From contig NZ_JBALEL010000022.1 of assembly GCF_036917935.1 (NCBI RefSeq), positions 111,460 through 175,459 of the forward strand: a DNA stretch of 64,000 nt, written 5' to 3'. This document shows, one piece after another, positions 1 through 8,449 of the stretch; the stretch's first letter is position 1, and every line of letters begins with the position of its first letter. The DNA comes from Nostoc sp. GTDB lineage: Bacteria; Cyanobacteriota; Cyanobacteriia; Cyanobacteriales; Nostocaceae. A program made the translations under genes and the position numbers. The notes below the pieces were generated by a model that did no database searches, had not been told where the DNA came from, and saw nothing but the letters and a program-made list of their open reading frames with translations.

Positions 1-2
1 AA

Positions 3-560
3 ATTGTCAGCACTGGCCCCAATCGGTTGATTGTGTTTGAGGGAGCCGAAGAACGGGTAAACCAGTTAACAGTTGGTTTTCTGGAGCGCCTGGGTATCGG
101 TAAAGCACCGTGGGAACGCGATGCAGAAGAAGAATACGGCTATACTCCACCACGCCAAATTGCACCACCCAATCAACTGCCTGCGGGAGTGCCATTGCAG
201 CAGCCATCCAAAAGAGTTCGCGCCCCCGAACCCGTAGCGCGGGAAGAAGAATGGAATGAAGACTATGTGGAAGAAGAAAGGCCACAGCGTCAGGTAATGA
301 AGGCGCAGCAGTATGAATCTATTCAATACGAAGAAGACGAGGAAGAAGATAACTGGAGCGAAGCAACCGGCAGCGACAGGTATCAACAACCGCAGCCGCT
401 AAAGTATGAAGCAAAGCCCTATAGCAAGCCTTATGTTGATGAATACGATGATTATGACGATGTAGACGGCGATGCTTGGGAAGATGCGCCGAAGCCGGTG
501 AATATTCCCAAGAAAGTCAAGGAAAGACAGCCAGAATACGAAGAAGAAGGCGGATATTAA
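3..560 (+). CDS. PRC-barrel domain-containing protein, C-terminal part (5' end lies outside the window)
   Basis: The frame is open from the window start (IVSTGPNRLIVFEGAEERVNQLTVGFLERLGIGKAPWE), the typical end of the second PRC barrel in cyanobacterial proteins. An acidic, Tyr/Pro-rich low-complexity tail follows. Confidence 0.8.
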   Translation: MVSTGPNRLIVFEGAEERVNQLTVGFLERLGIGKAPWERDAEEEYGYTPPRQIAPPNQLPAGVPLQQPSKRVRAPEPVAREEEWNEDYVEEERPQRQVMKAQQYESIQYEEDEEEDNWSEATGSDRYQQPQPLKYEAKPYSKPYVDEYDDYDDVDGDAWEDAPKPVNIPKKVKERQPEYEEEGGY

Positions 561-561
561 C

Positions 562-746
562 TAATTGGTAATTCGTAATTCGTTAGGCAGTCGGTCTTCT
601 CCCAAAGGGAGAGGCTAGCGCCTTCTCTACGAGACACTACGTGAAGGCGGAGCGTCTCAGAAGGTGGTTTCCCCTTCCCCTGCATAGGAAAGGAACCGTG
701 CCGTTAGCGTAGCGGTAGCGATGTAGGAGCGTCACCCGAAGGGTAA
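562..746. repeat. STRR (TAATTCG-type) tract interrupted by a nest of small dispersed repeats
   Basis: TAATTCG units flank a GC-rich block. CGTTAG occurs at 581-586 and again at 702-707. The motif CGGTCTTCTCCCAAAGGGAGAGGCTA recurs with two mismatches near 11292-11318. Confidence 0.75.
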
Positions 747-970
747 TTCGTAATTCAACTGGAAAATTAGGAAGTATTTTAAGATTAATTCAGCCTTTTC
801 CTTACTTAACAAGGAGAGGGCTAATTTTTTAGATATTTCTGATTTTAGCGAGGTTCGAGCCAGTTTTCTACTTTGAAATTAGGAACACGGGAAAATTCAC
901 GAGTATTGGCGGTAACGAGAGTTAGACCAAGGGTTAAAGAATGGGCAGCAATTAATAAGTCATTACCTCC

Positions 971-1115
971 AACGTGAGTTCGACAAGTCTTATTTGACCT
1001 CTCCCCCAGCCCCTCTCCGACGCCCAGAGGGGAGCAAAAAGCGGAATTTTTCTTGCTCCTCCCTCTCCGAAACGGAAAGGGAGGCTGGGAGGGAGAGGTT
1101 CATCGAACTCACGTT
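971..1115. mobile_element. MITE-like element, 145 bp, 13-bp perfect terminal inverted repeats
   Basis: AACGTGAGTTCGA (971-983) and TCGAACTCACGTT (1103-1115). Interior has CCCCTCTCC/GGAGAGG stem-loops and no coding capacity. Confidence 0.75.
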
Positions 1116-1192
1116 AATTAGTTAAGTGTTCAGAAACTCCCCAAAAACTGCTAGCGTCAAACAAAGTAAAATATCGTTGTGGACTTTCGAGC

Positions 1193-2917
1193 TTGAAAAC
1201 CCGTTCTAATTACTGGCAACTGCTGCCTTATATCCGACTCCAGTGGAAAACGATCGCCAAGGGACTTATTGGTATCTTGGGATACGTACTGGCGACATTA
1301 GTGTTGATCAATCTCGCTGGTAAATTGGCAATTCCCTTTGCCCAAGGTAATGTAGTAGCGATCGCTCAAATAACTGGCAGTTGTGCTTTAGTCTTTCTTG
1401 TCAGAGGCTTGTTTCAGTCTATACAAGATATGTACATGGCGAAAGCTGCTTTGAGAGTTGCTTTTTATCTCCGCCAGCAAGTCTACGCCCATCTGCAAAA
1501 GCTAAATCTCAGCTATTTTGAAACAGCAAAAGCAGGTGATTTATCTTACCGCCTCACCGAAGATGTTGACCGCGTTGGCGAAGTAGTAAATAAAGTATTT
1601 CACGACTTTATCCCCTGCATTTTGCAGTTGCTAGCAATTCCAATTTACATGATTTACCTAAATTGGCAACTGACATTAGCAACAGTGATAGTTGCGCCGC
1701 TGATGGGTATTTTAGTTGGCTGGTTTGGTGAACGGTTACGCAAATATTCCTTAAAAAGTCAAAATCGGGTATCGGGTTTATCAGCCATCCTCGCGGAAGT
1801 TTTCAACGGTATTCGTTTGGTACAAGCTTTTGCTGCCGAAAATTACGAAATCGCCCGCTTTGGCCATGAAGCAGAACGCAGTCTCAAAGCCAAATACTCA
1901 GCCGAACGCCTGAAAGCGATTCAGATTCCGATCATCGGGTTTCTAGAAGCCTTAAGTGCGTTATCGTTACTGATTGTGGGAGCGTGGCAAATTTCCCAAG
2001 GTAACTTGACAGTGGCGAATTTTTTCAGTTATCTGGCGGCGGCGGCGCTGTTAATTGATCCCATTGGTCACACTACTAACAACTACAACGAATTTAAGCA
2101 GGGTGAAGCATCTGTTGACCGCGTTTTTGAATTGATGGCAATTCAGCCGACGGTAATCGAAAAGATAAATGCGATCGCTCTACCCCCAGTCAAGGGCAAA
2201 GTAGAATATCGTCATATTTCCTTCGCCTATAAACCAGGTGAACCTGTATTAAAAGATATCAGTTTATTGGTATCGCCAGGTGAAGCGATCGCTCTTGTGG
2301 GTGCTTCTGGTGCTGGTAAAACCACATTTGTCAATCTTCTACCGCGTTTTTACGATCCCGAAGTTGGTCAAATCTTCATTGACGGTATTGATATTCGGGA
2401 TGTCAAGCTGCATAGTCTGCGGCGACAAATTGGGATTGTTCCCCAAGAAACCATCATGTTTTCGGGGACAATTGCCCAAAATATCGCCTTTGGACAAGAT
2501 GTTTTTGACATGGAAGCAGTTAAAGAAGCGGCAAAAATTGCTAATGCCCATCAGTTTATTAGCCAACTACCAGAGGGTTATCAGACTTGGGTAGGCGAAC
2601 GTGGGGTAAACTTATCAGGTGGACAAAGACAAAGAATTGCGATCGCTCGTGCTGTTCTGCTCAATCCCCAAATTTTGATTCTGGATGAGGCGACATCAGC
2701 ATTAGATTCTGAGTCAGAAGCGCTGGTACAGGAAGCGCTGGAAAGATTGATGGAAAAACGGACAGTATTTATTATTGCTCACCGTTTATCGACCGTGAGA
2801 AGGTGCGATCGTATTTTAGTTATCGAACAAGGACAAATTGTCGAATCGGGAACCCATGAAGAATTATTAGCCCTAGAGCGTCGCTATGCGCGGTCTTATG
2901 CTCAACAATTTAGTTAG
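1193..2917 (+). CDS. ABC transporter, fused permease/ATP-binding protein (MsbA-like exporter)
   Basis: N-terminal TM helices; Walker A GASGAGKT, signature LSGGQRQR, Walker B ILILDEATSALD, H-loop IAHRLST. TTG start. Confidence 0.95.
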   Translation: MKTRSNYWQLLPYIRLQWKTIAKGLIGILGYVLATLVLINLAGKLAIPFAQGNVVAIAQITGSCALVFLVRGLFQSIQDMYMAKAALRVAFYLRQQVYAHLQKLNLSYFETAKAGDLSYRLTEDVDRVGEVVNKVFHDFIPCILQLLAIPIYMIYLNWQLTLATVIVAPLMGILVGWFGERLRKYSLKSQNRVSGLSAILAEVFNGIRLVQAFAAENYEIARFGHEAERSLKAKYSAERLKAIQIPIIGFLEALSALSLLIVGAWQISQGNLTVANFFSYLAAAALLIDPIGHTTNNYNEFKQGEASVDRVFELMAIQPTVIEKINAIALPPVKGKVEYRHISFAYKPGEPVLKDISLLVSPGEAIALVGASGAGKTTFVNLLPRFYDPEVGQIFIDGIDIRDVKLHSLRRQIGIVPQETIMFSGTIAQNIAFGQDVFDMEAVKEAAKIANAHQFISQLPEGYQTWVGERGVNLSGGQRQRIAIARAVLLNPQILILDEATSALDSESEALVQEALERLMEKRTVFIIAHRLSTVRRCDRILVIEQGQIVESGTHEELLALERRYARSYAQQFS

Positions 2918-3016
2918 AGGCAGGGGAAGTTCGAGGTTTTGAGACAACCGAATTAGTTTTTGAGTTCACAAAAACTATTTTTGAGCTAGAAGAATGAGTA
3001 TCTATAGGACTAGTAT

Positions 3017-3881
3017 TTGATTTTTGAAATGCAGGTAGTGGACTGTCATGGCTTTAATAGTGCATTAGACGTAGACGTAGGTTGGGTGGAGCGGAGCGCA
3101 ACCCAACTGATTATCAGGATGTTGGGTTACGCAAAGCCTCCACCCAACAAAGCAATTTTTTTGCTCGATGAATTTTTGGGTTCCCAAAAGAACGAAATAT
3201 ATGCGGACAGCAATATTGTATGGTCTTTAATACCCAATACTGTCGTACCAAATGCTTCCATCTTCCATAATGGTATTAGAGAAAATAGCCTTACAAATGT
3301 TATAGAAGCCCTCGACCGAACGCAAATCGGCATTGGTGAATGTTAGCACCATCGAAAGAGGAGTGGTTCACGAAAGCATCCCTGAGAATAGCATGGCTGA
3401 AATTAGCGCCATTAAAACCGCATTGATACATTTCGGCTCTGCTCAGGTTGGCGTTGACAAAGGAAGTATTGATGAAGTTGGCTTGACCACCTCTAGCCTC
3501 ACTCAAATTAGCGCCGTTAAGGATGGCTTCATTCAACTCAGTTCCTTCCATGTAAGCTCCTTTGAGATTAGCCCCACTGAGATTGGTATTGTCCAGATTA
3601 GTACCCTCCAAAATAACTCCTTCCAAATTAACTCTGCTCAAGTCAGCCCCGCTCAAGTCCATATAAGTAAAATTCAAACCAATTTCAATGAAATCAAGAA
3701 GTCCAGCAAAGTTTCTCTCTCCAGCTGTATACCTTTCCAAGAATTCTTCAACATCCATAACTCAACTTCGGTATCAACTAACACGTATAAAGATAACCCA
3801 CTCAATCTCTGGTCTAACCTCTTCGACCCCACCTTGAATATTGACATCCAAATCTAAGACCTACCCAGAAGACCTGATTAG
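3017..3881 (+). pseudogene. Interrupted plus-strand reading frame enclosing the pentapeptide gene in antisense; possible fragment of a giant cyanobacterial secreted protein
   Basis: ORFs 3017-3346 and 3333-3857 join into one frame if the same base at about 3341 is removed. The frame extends beyond the pentapeptide gene on both sides and ends NLWSNLFDPTLNIDIQI*DLP. Confidence 0.45.
3227..3758 (-). pseudogene. Pentapeptide repeat protein with a +1 frameshift at about 3341 (pseudogene or sequencing error)
   Basis: MDVEEFLERYTAGERNF start and A(N/D)Lxx repeats. Removing one base at about 3341 changes the aberrant end ANIHQCRFAFGRGLL* into ANFTNADLRSVEGFYNICKAIFSNTIMEDGSIWYDSIGY*, a normal pentapeptide C-terminus (stop at 3227-3229). 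Confidence 0.8.
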
Positions 3882-3919
3882 CCCGATTGCGATCGCTGAC
3901 CAAGCACAAAGTGTGGTAA

Positions 3920-4145
3920 TATAGCGGTTCTCAATTGCATGAAATACAGACCTAACCCCAGCCCCTTCCCTACTAGCGTTGGGGAGTAAGTCTCAAAACC
4001 TCTCTCCTTTTAAGCTACCCTGTACACACAAGTCATCGAATTACCCAAAACAAAAGAAAAACCTCACCCTGTCCTATCTTTAATCCCTCTCCTTACTAAG
4101 GAGAGGGACAGATTTTGTGTAGTAAAATCAGGGTGAGGTATTGCG
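3920..4145. repeat. Composite of non-autonomous repeat elements with stem-loops
   Basis: TATAGCGGTTCTCA-type end at 3920, CCCCAGCCCCTTCCC motif, GTACACACAAGT motif, ACCTCACCCTG...CAGGGTGAGGT inverted pair, and hairpin TCCCTCTCCTT/AAGGAGAGGGA (4084-4108). Confidence 0.65.
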
Positions 4146-4178
4146 CGATAAATCTTAAATGGACTCTCCCCTTGCTAA

Positions 4179-5666
4179 CTATTTCCTAGACTGAATTGCC
4201 TTGATTAAATCATAAAAAGGTTGCCAATTATCTTCCTGAGCAATTGCTTCCCAAATAGATTCAATCACAGGTCTTAATAATGCCGTTTGCGGATTATGAA
4301 CAGCTAGAGTTTGGGCAATTACATCGATGCGTAGGCGTAGCCCGTCGTAGACATCGCTATCAAAATCATTCAAAATTTGATGATACAGTATACACCAATC
4401 ATCAAAAATTGCTGATGCACCCGGTACTGGTACAATATCGGAACCATTCATTACAAAACCTGGTTCATCTCGCCATTTAGATGAAAAAGTGCGAGCCATC
4501 TCATAAAAGAATTGGTGATAACCCACTTGGCTCACTTTCAAAAATTCAATCGTTAGATTCAAGAGTTCTTGAGCTTGTGGATGTACCAACTCCACAAAAC
4601 CTAACTTTTTCAACATCAAAGAACTGTATTCAGCTTCATAATATTCACCAAACCTAGCTAATCCAGCTTCCATTTCACCTGTATCAATAATCGCCTTTAA
4701 AGGTTCTTGGAGGATTTGTAGATTCAGCTGGCAAATACTTGGTTGATTACCGTAACAGTAGCGTCCAGAATAGTCAAAATATGCCGCTATAAAGTAGGGA
4801 TTATAACTAGGGATAAACGCGTAAGGGCCATAATCAAAACTTTCTCCGGTAATCGACATATTGTCAGTATTCAGAACTCCATGACAAAAGCCAGCCGCCA
4901 TCCACTGCGCTGCTAGTTCTGCAACCCGTTTAACTAATTCGGCGTAAAACAGAGCATATTTCTCTTCTTCAGCATTTAAGTGTCGATAATACTGCTCAAT
5001 TACGTGGTCTAACAGCTTCTTAGTTAAATCTGGACGCTGGAAATAGTGCAGTCGCTCAAAAGTGCCAAACCGAATATGAGAACTGCTCATCCTGACCATC
5101 ACAGATGAACGGGTAGGCGAAGGTTCATCGCCCCGCCAGAGTGGTAAACCTGTTTCAATCATGCTTAGACAGCGCGAAGTACGTACACCCAAATAGTGCA
5201 GTGCTTCCGCAGCCAGAACTTCCCGCATTCCACCTTTGAGCGTGAGCATACCATCGCCACCACGGGAGTAGGGCGTTCTCCCGGAACCTTTCGTGCCAAA
5301 ATCGTACAATTCGCCATCATTGGCGCGTGCTTGCCCGTAGAGAAAGCCTCTACCATCACCCAAGTGTCCGTTATATTCACCAAATTGATAGCCGTGGTAA
5401 CGCAGTGCCAACAAGGGTTCGCGCCCCTGAAATTTACCAAAAGCTGTGATAAAATCTTCGTCTTTGACTACTTGGGGGTCTAGACCGAAACGGGGTAATA
5501 GTTCATCGTTACGCCAACGCAGGAGGTGTTGGGGAAATTCTGCCGCTGCAACCTCATCATAGTAGTCATCGCCTAGAGATTCTAAAGCGCTTTCGTAGTT
5601 GAGGGTGAGAAAAGGATTGCTAGAATTCTTGTAGTTTGGAGTTTCAGCCAGAGTCATTACGAGCAA
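4179..5666 (-). CDS. selO: Protein adenylyltransferase SelO (YdiU/UPF0061 family)
   Basis: [27 protein letters not shown] and [14 protein letters not shown] motifs. Confidence 0.93.
   Translation of the reverse strand: MLVMTLAETPNYKNSSNPFLTLNYESALESLGDDYYDEVAAAEFPQHLLRWRNDELLPRFGLDPQVVKDEDFITAFGKFQGREPLLALRYHGYQFGEYNGHLGDGRGFLYGQARANDGELYDFGTKGSGRTPYSRGGDGMLTLKGGMREVLAAEALHYLGVRTSRCLSMIETGLPLWRGDEPSPTRSSVMVRMSSSHIRFGTFERLHYFQRPDLTKKLLDHVIEQYYRHLNAEEEKYALFYAELVKRVAELAAQWMAAGFCHGVLNTDNMSITGESFDYGPYAFIPSYNPYFIAAYFDYSGRYCYGNQPSICQLNLQILQEPLKAIIDTGEMEAGLARFGEYYEAEYSSLMLKKLGFVELVHPQAQELLNLTIEFLKVSQVGYHQFFYEMARTFSSKWRDEPGFVMNGSDIVPVPGASAIFDDWCILYHQILNDFDSDVYDGLRLRIDVIAQTLAVHNPQTALLRPVIESIWEAIAQEDNWQPFYDLIKAIQSRK
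4332..4352 (-). mobile_element. 21-nt small dispersed repeat inserted in a HIP1 site inside selO
   Basis: GCG(4329-4331) + TAGGCGTAGCCCGTCGTAGAC + ATCGC(4353-4357). Removing the 21 nt restores GCGATCGC. Confidence 0.85.
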
Positions 5667-5741
5667 AGCTTAATTCATTCTTCTCTTAATACTACCTCTG
5701 GCTTCAGCATCAGCATAGACGCAAAAAGCGACCCATATCTA

Positions 5742-5907
5742 AGAGGATGTTTGAAAAGTCCTTAGTGATGTATCAAATACTCTTAGATCCCCCTAAATCC
5801 CCCGATAAAAAGGTGGACTTTGATTCCGTTTCCCCCCTTTTTAAGGGGGGCTAGGGGGGATCGATAAGTGCCTGATATCACAGCCGACCACTTTTCAAAC
5901 AACCTCT
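5742..5907. mobile_element. MITE-like element, 166 bp, 18-bp terminal inverted repeats
   Basis: AGAGGATGTTTGAAAAGT and ACTTTTCAAACAACCTCT (1 mismatch). Internal GATCCCCC...GGGGGATC stem. Second copy at 11179-11415. Confidence 0.85.
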
Positions 5908-5945
5908 AAAATATTGTAGCGTCACCATCAAAATCTGGAGCGCTT

Positions 5946-6110
5946 CAGGAAGGAGGAAGGAGTAACCCATGTTCACAAACCTGGAATTGAAGCAAGGATA
6001 CTCCACAAAGAGAAAGGCTAGCGTCTTTCTTTCGGAACGCACGCGAACACGGTGCGTCTCCTAGAGAAGGAAAGTTTTCATTCACAATTCTTTCCTCCTG
6101 CCTTCTCTGA
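5946..6110. repeat. GAAGGAGG/CCTCCTGCCTTC-bounded repeat with nested small dispersed repeats
   Basis: Inverted purine/pyrimidine ends enclose GAGAAAGGCTAGCG and GCGTCTCCTAGAGAAG motifs related to those at 590-665 and 22220-22250. Confidence 0.5.
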
Positions 6111-6218
6111 TAATGAATAAAATTTTACAATTAAAAAAAAGAAGACTGGCTCAACCGAAGTTTAGATAAACTCCGCCAGTCTTCCGAAACTTAACCTTAA
6201 TTAAATAAAACTGATTTT

Positions 6219-6695
6219 TTATTTTTTAATGGGTTGTGATGTTGGTGTAGTAATTCCTACTGAGTTTGATGTTGGTTGTGATGCCTGTGAAGATAGAATT
6301 TTTTTCACTTGCAGGTTATAAGCTTGCAAAACTGATTGAACCTGTTTCTGTTGATCTTGATTCAGATCCAAAGATGTTAACACTGTTCTGATTCTCTGAC
6401 GGGATTGCAGTGCTGCCTTAAATTTAGTATCTTGGGATGGGTTTAATAGAGCCTCAATATCTTTATCTCTTTGCTGGCGAGCCAGTTGGATTTGTAGCCG
6501 CTGTTGCTTTGTGAGTTTGATTGGCTGGTGTGATGCAGCACTAGTCTGAGTTTTTAAAGCTGGTGTCGTGGCGGAGTTTGGGCCTGGTGCTGCCAAGACA
6601 ATTCCGTTTAAGATGGTAGCAAAAGCGAAGATAGTAGAAAAGACAGATAACCGCTTTATAGAATTAATAGACATTTTGAAAAACTCCTCAATCAT
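6219..6695 (-). CDS. Secreted helical protein, Spy/CpxP-like (LTxxQ motifs)
   Basis: Signal-peptide-like N-terminus; KLTKQQR, LNPSQ and LNQDQQKQV repeats; Gln-rich helices. Confidence 0.6.
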   Translation of the reverse strand: MIEEFFKMSINSIKRLSVFSTIFAFATILNGIVLAAPGPNSATTPALKTQTSAASHQPIKLTKQQRLQIQLARQQRDKDIEALLNPSQDTKFKAALQSRQRIRTVLTSLDLNQDQQKQVQSVLQAYNLQVKKILSSQASQPTSNSVGITTPTSQPIKK

Positions 6696-6947
6696 TTAAT
6701 CAAGTTGGACACATCGACTAAAGCTAACTTTAATAACTGAGCCGGGTAGTTAACAAATATTACTATTGCATTTGCTTGTGGAGCTGTTGTGTATTTATTA
6801 TGAATTTGCTATGATTTTGTAGATATTGACAACTAATATATTAAATTCATTCAAATTTAGATATAGTACCATTATAAATAGCTGTAAGGTGGGCAAGACT
6901 CACAAATTAAAAATAAGGCTTTGAGCGAAAGTTAAGCATTTTTTACT

Positions 6948-7044
6948 TACAGCGTATTTCAGGTAAATGAAGTACAGGGGTAGGGGCATAACATGTTGTG
7001 CCCCTACAATTATCTGTACCTCACGCCTGTTGCAATCTGCTGTA
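6948..7044. mobile_element. Short TACAGC...GCTGTA element carrying a GTAGGGGCA...TGCCCCTAC REP-like hairpin
   Basis: Ends at 6948-6953 and 7039-7044; hairpin arms 6980-6988 and 6999-7007. The end sequence is shared with the element at 37815-38117. Confidence 0.7.
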
Positions 7045-7074
7045 TATAAATTACCTAACTTGCGTTCATAACTA

Positions 7075-7246
7075 TAGGACTTACGCACTTTAAAAATTGA
7101 GCATCATCTGCATATCAAGCTTATTAAGATAAAAGTCTTGCTCTGCCTCGTTCCCAGGCAGAGCCTCCCACAAGAGCATTAGAAGGCTCTGCCTGGGAAC
7201 GAGAGGTAATCCACATTTGGTTATGTCTGTCAATGCGTAAGTCCTA
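7075..7246. mobile_element. MITE-like element, 172 bp, 13-bp terminal inverted repeats, internal 20-bp perfect hairpin
   Basis: TAGGACTTACGCA and TGCGTAAGTCCTA. Internal arms CTCGTTCCCAGGCAGAGCCT (7147-7166) and AGGCTCTGCCTGGGAACGAG (7184-7203). Confidence 0.8.
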
Positions 7247-7332
7247 AACTAGTATTTATAAATAAATTAATTTATAAGCAGGGATAGTGGGAAAAGAAAA
7301 TAAATATTATTGAAAACATTCTCAGCTATATT

Positions 7333-7908
7333 TTAAAATTTAGGTACTTTCCAATTAGAATTTGTAAGACTTGTCAAAACATGATCTTCCCATTGCCCAT
7401 TAATTAACAAATAGTCTCTAGCATATCCTTCAATGACAAAACCGAGTCTTTTTAGCACATTACCACTACGCCGATTGTGAGGCATATAATTAGCCATGAC
7501 TCGGTGAAAATTTAACTCTTGAAATAGATATTGAGTTGCAGTTTTTAGCCCTTCTGTCATATATCCTTTACCTTGTTTATTTTCAGCAAGGCTATATCCC
7601 ACATAGCAAAAATGAGCGGCTCCTCGGACAAAATTACTAAAATTTACCGTTCCAATAACTACAGTGGGATTTTTTTTAGTAAAAATAAATAGTTTTAACG
7701 ATTGCCCGTTTATAAATTCCAGAAAACTATTCTCTATCTGATACTGCCAATATTCTTCAGTGAAAAAACCATCAGCCCAAAGAGGGTAAAATGGAGTGAG
7801 ATAAGTTTTGTTATGAATAAAGTATTTGAGAATTTGGGGTATATCTTCATGGATCGCTGCTCGTAATAATAGGCGATCGCTTGTAATTATTGGCAGTTCT
7901 GATATCAT
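7333..7908 (-). CDS. GNAT N-acetyltransferase, RimJ/RimL family
   Basis: CYVGYSLAENKQGKGYMTE, HRVMANYMPHNRRSGNVLKRLGF and LLINGQWEDHVLT motifs. Confidence 0.9.
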   Translation of the reverse strand: MISELPIITSDRLLLRAAIHEDIPQILKYFIHNKTYLTPFYPLWADGFFTEEYWQYQIENSFLEFINGQSLKLFIFTKKNPTVVIGTVNFSNFVRGAAHFCYVGYSLAENKQGKGYMTEGLKTATQYLFQELNFHRVMANYMPHNRRSGNVLKRLGFVIEGYARDYLLINGQWEDHVLTSLTNSNWKVPKF

Positions 7909-8449
7909 AAATTACTTAATCGACGGGTTCTCTTCCCAAAACATTCTCTAAATCTTATAAATTCTCTCATAACCTGCGGTTTAGCAGCAGCAGTTAGATT
8001 AGCTATCTCATCATCAGGACTTACGTAAGTGTGATAGTTATTCCATAAAGTTTGTCAAGAGTCAAGGGCCAATTAACTGATTTTATATAGACTTTGAACT
8101 CTTGGCCACCATGAAACAAGATATATGTATGCCCAATACCACTCAGGAGTGCTGTTAACGGTAGCGGTGCGTTTAGCCCTAAGTAGGGAACCTCACTTCT
8201 TTACTCAGAACTCATTTGTCCAATCCCCAACCCCAATACATGAGTATTTTTGCTGTAAATCTGCCATTCAACCAAAATCTTGATAAGCTGATGTCTAATA
8301 TCTAGAGCGGAAGGATTGAGAGCCAATGGGTGATAAAGCACAGTGCGCGGCATAACTTCGATAAAATCGCTTTGCCCAAACGCTGTACCGCAGCAGATTC
8401 AAGCAAAAGACAGCTCTTGATTAACCCAATCTACAAGAAGGATAGTGAT

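Noticed and set aside
845-870. GGTTCGAGCC resembling a tRNA T-loop
   Set aside because: No acceptor stem, D-arm or anticodon arm can be built around it.
6900-7088. 62-aa ORF; also 45134-45331 and 22174-22497
   Set aside because: They are largely translated repeat elements or antisense of a real gene end.
7909-8016. Open minus-strand frame upstream of the GNAT gene (PDDEIANLTAAAKPQVMREF...)
   Set aside because: No start codon context or recognisable motif; too short to support.
8330-8449. 40-aa N-terminal extension of BioB
   Set aside because: Not BioB-like; an RBS precedes GTG at 8450, so the longer start is probably an ORF-caller artefact.
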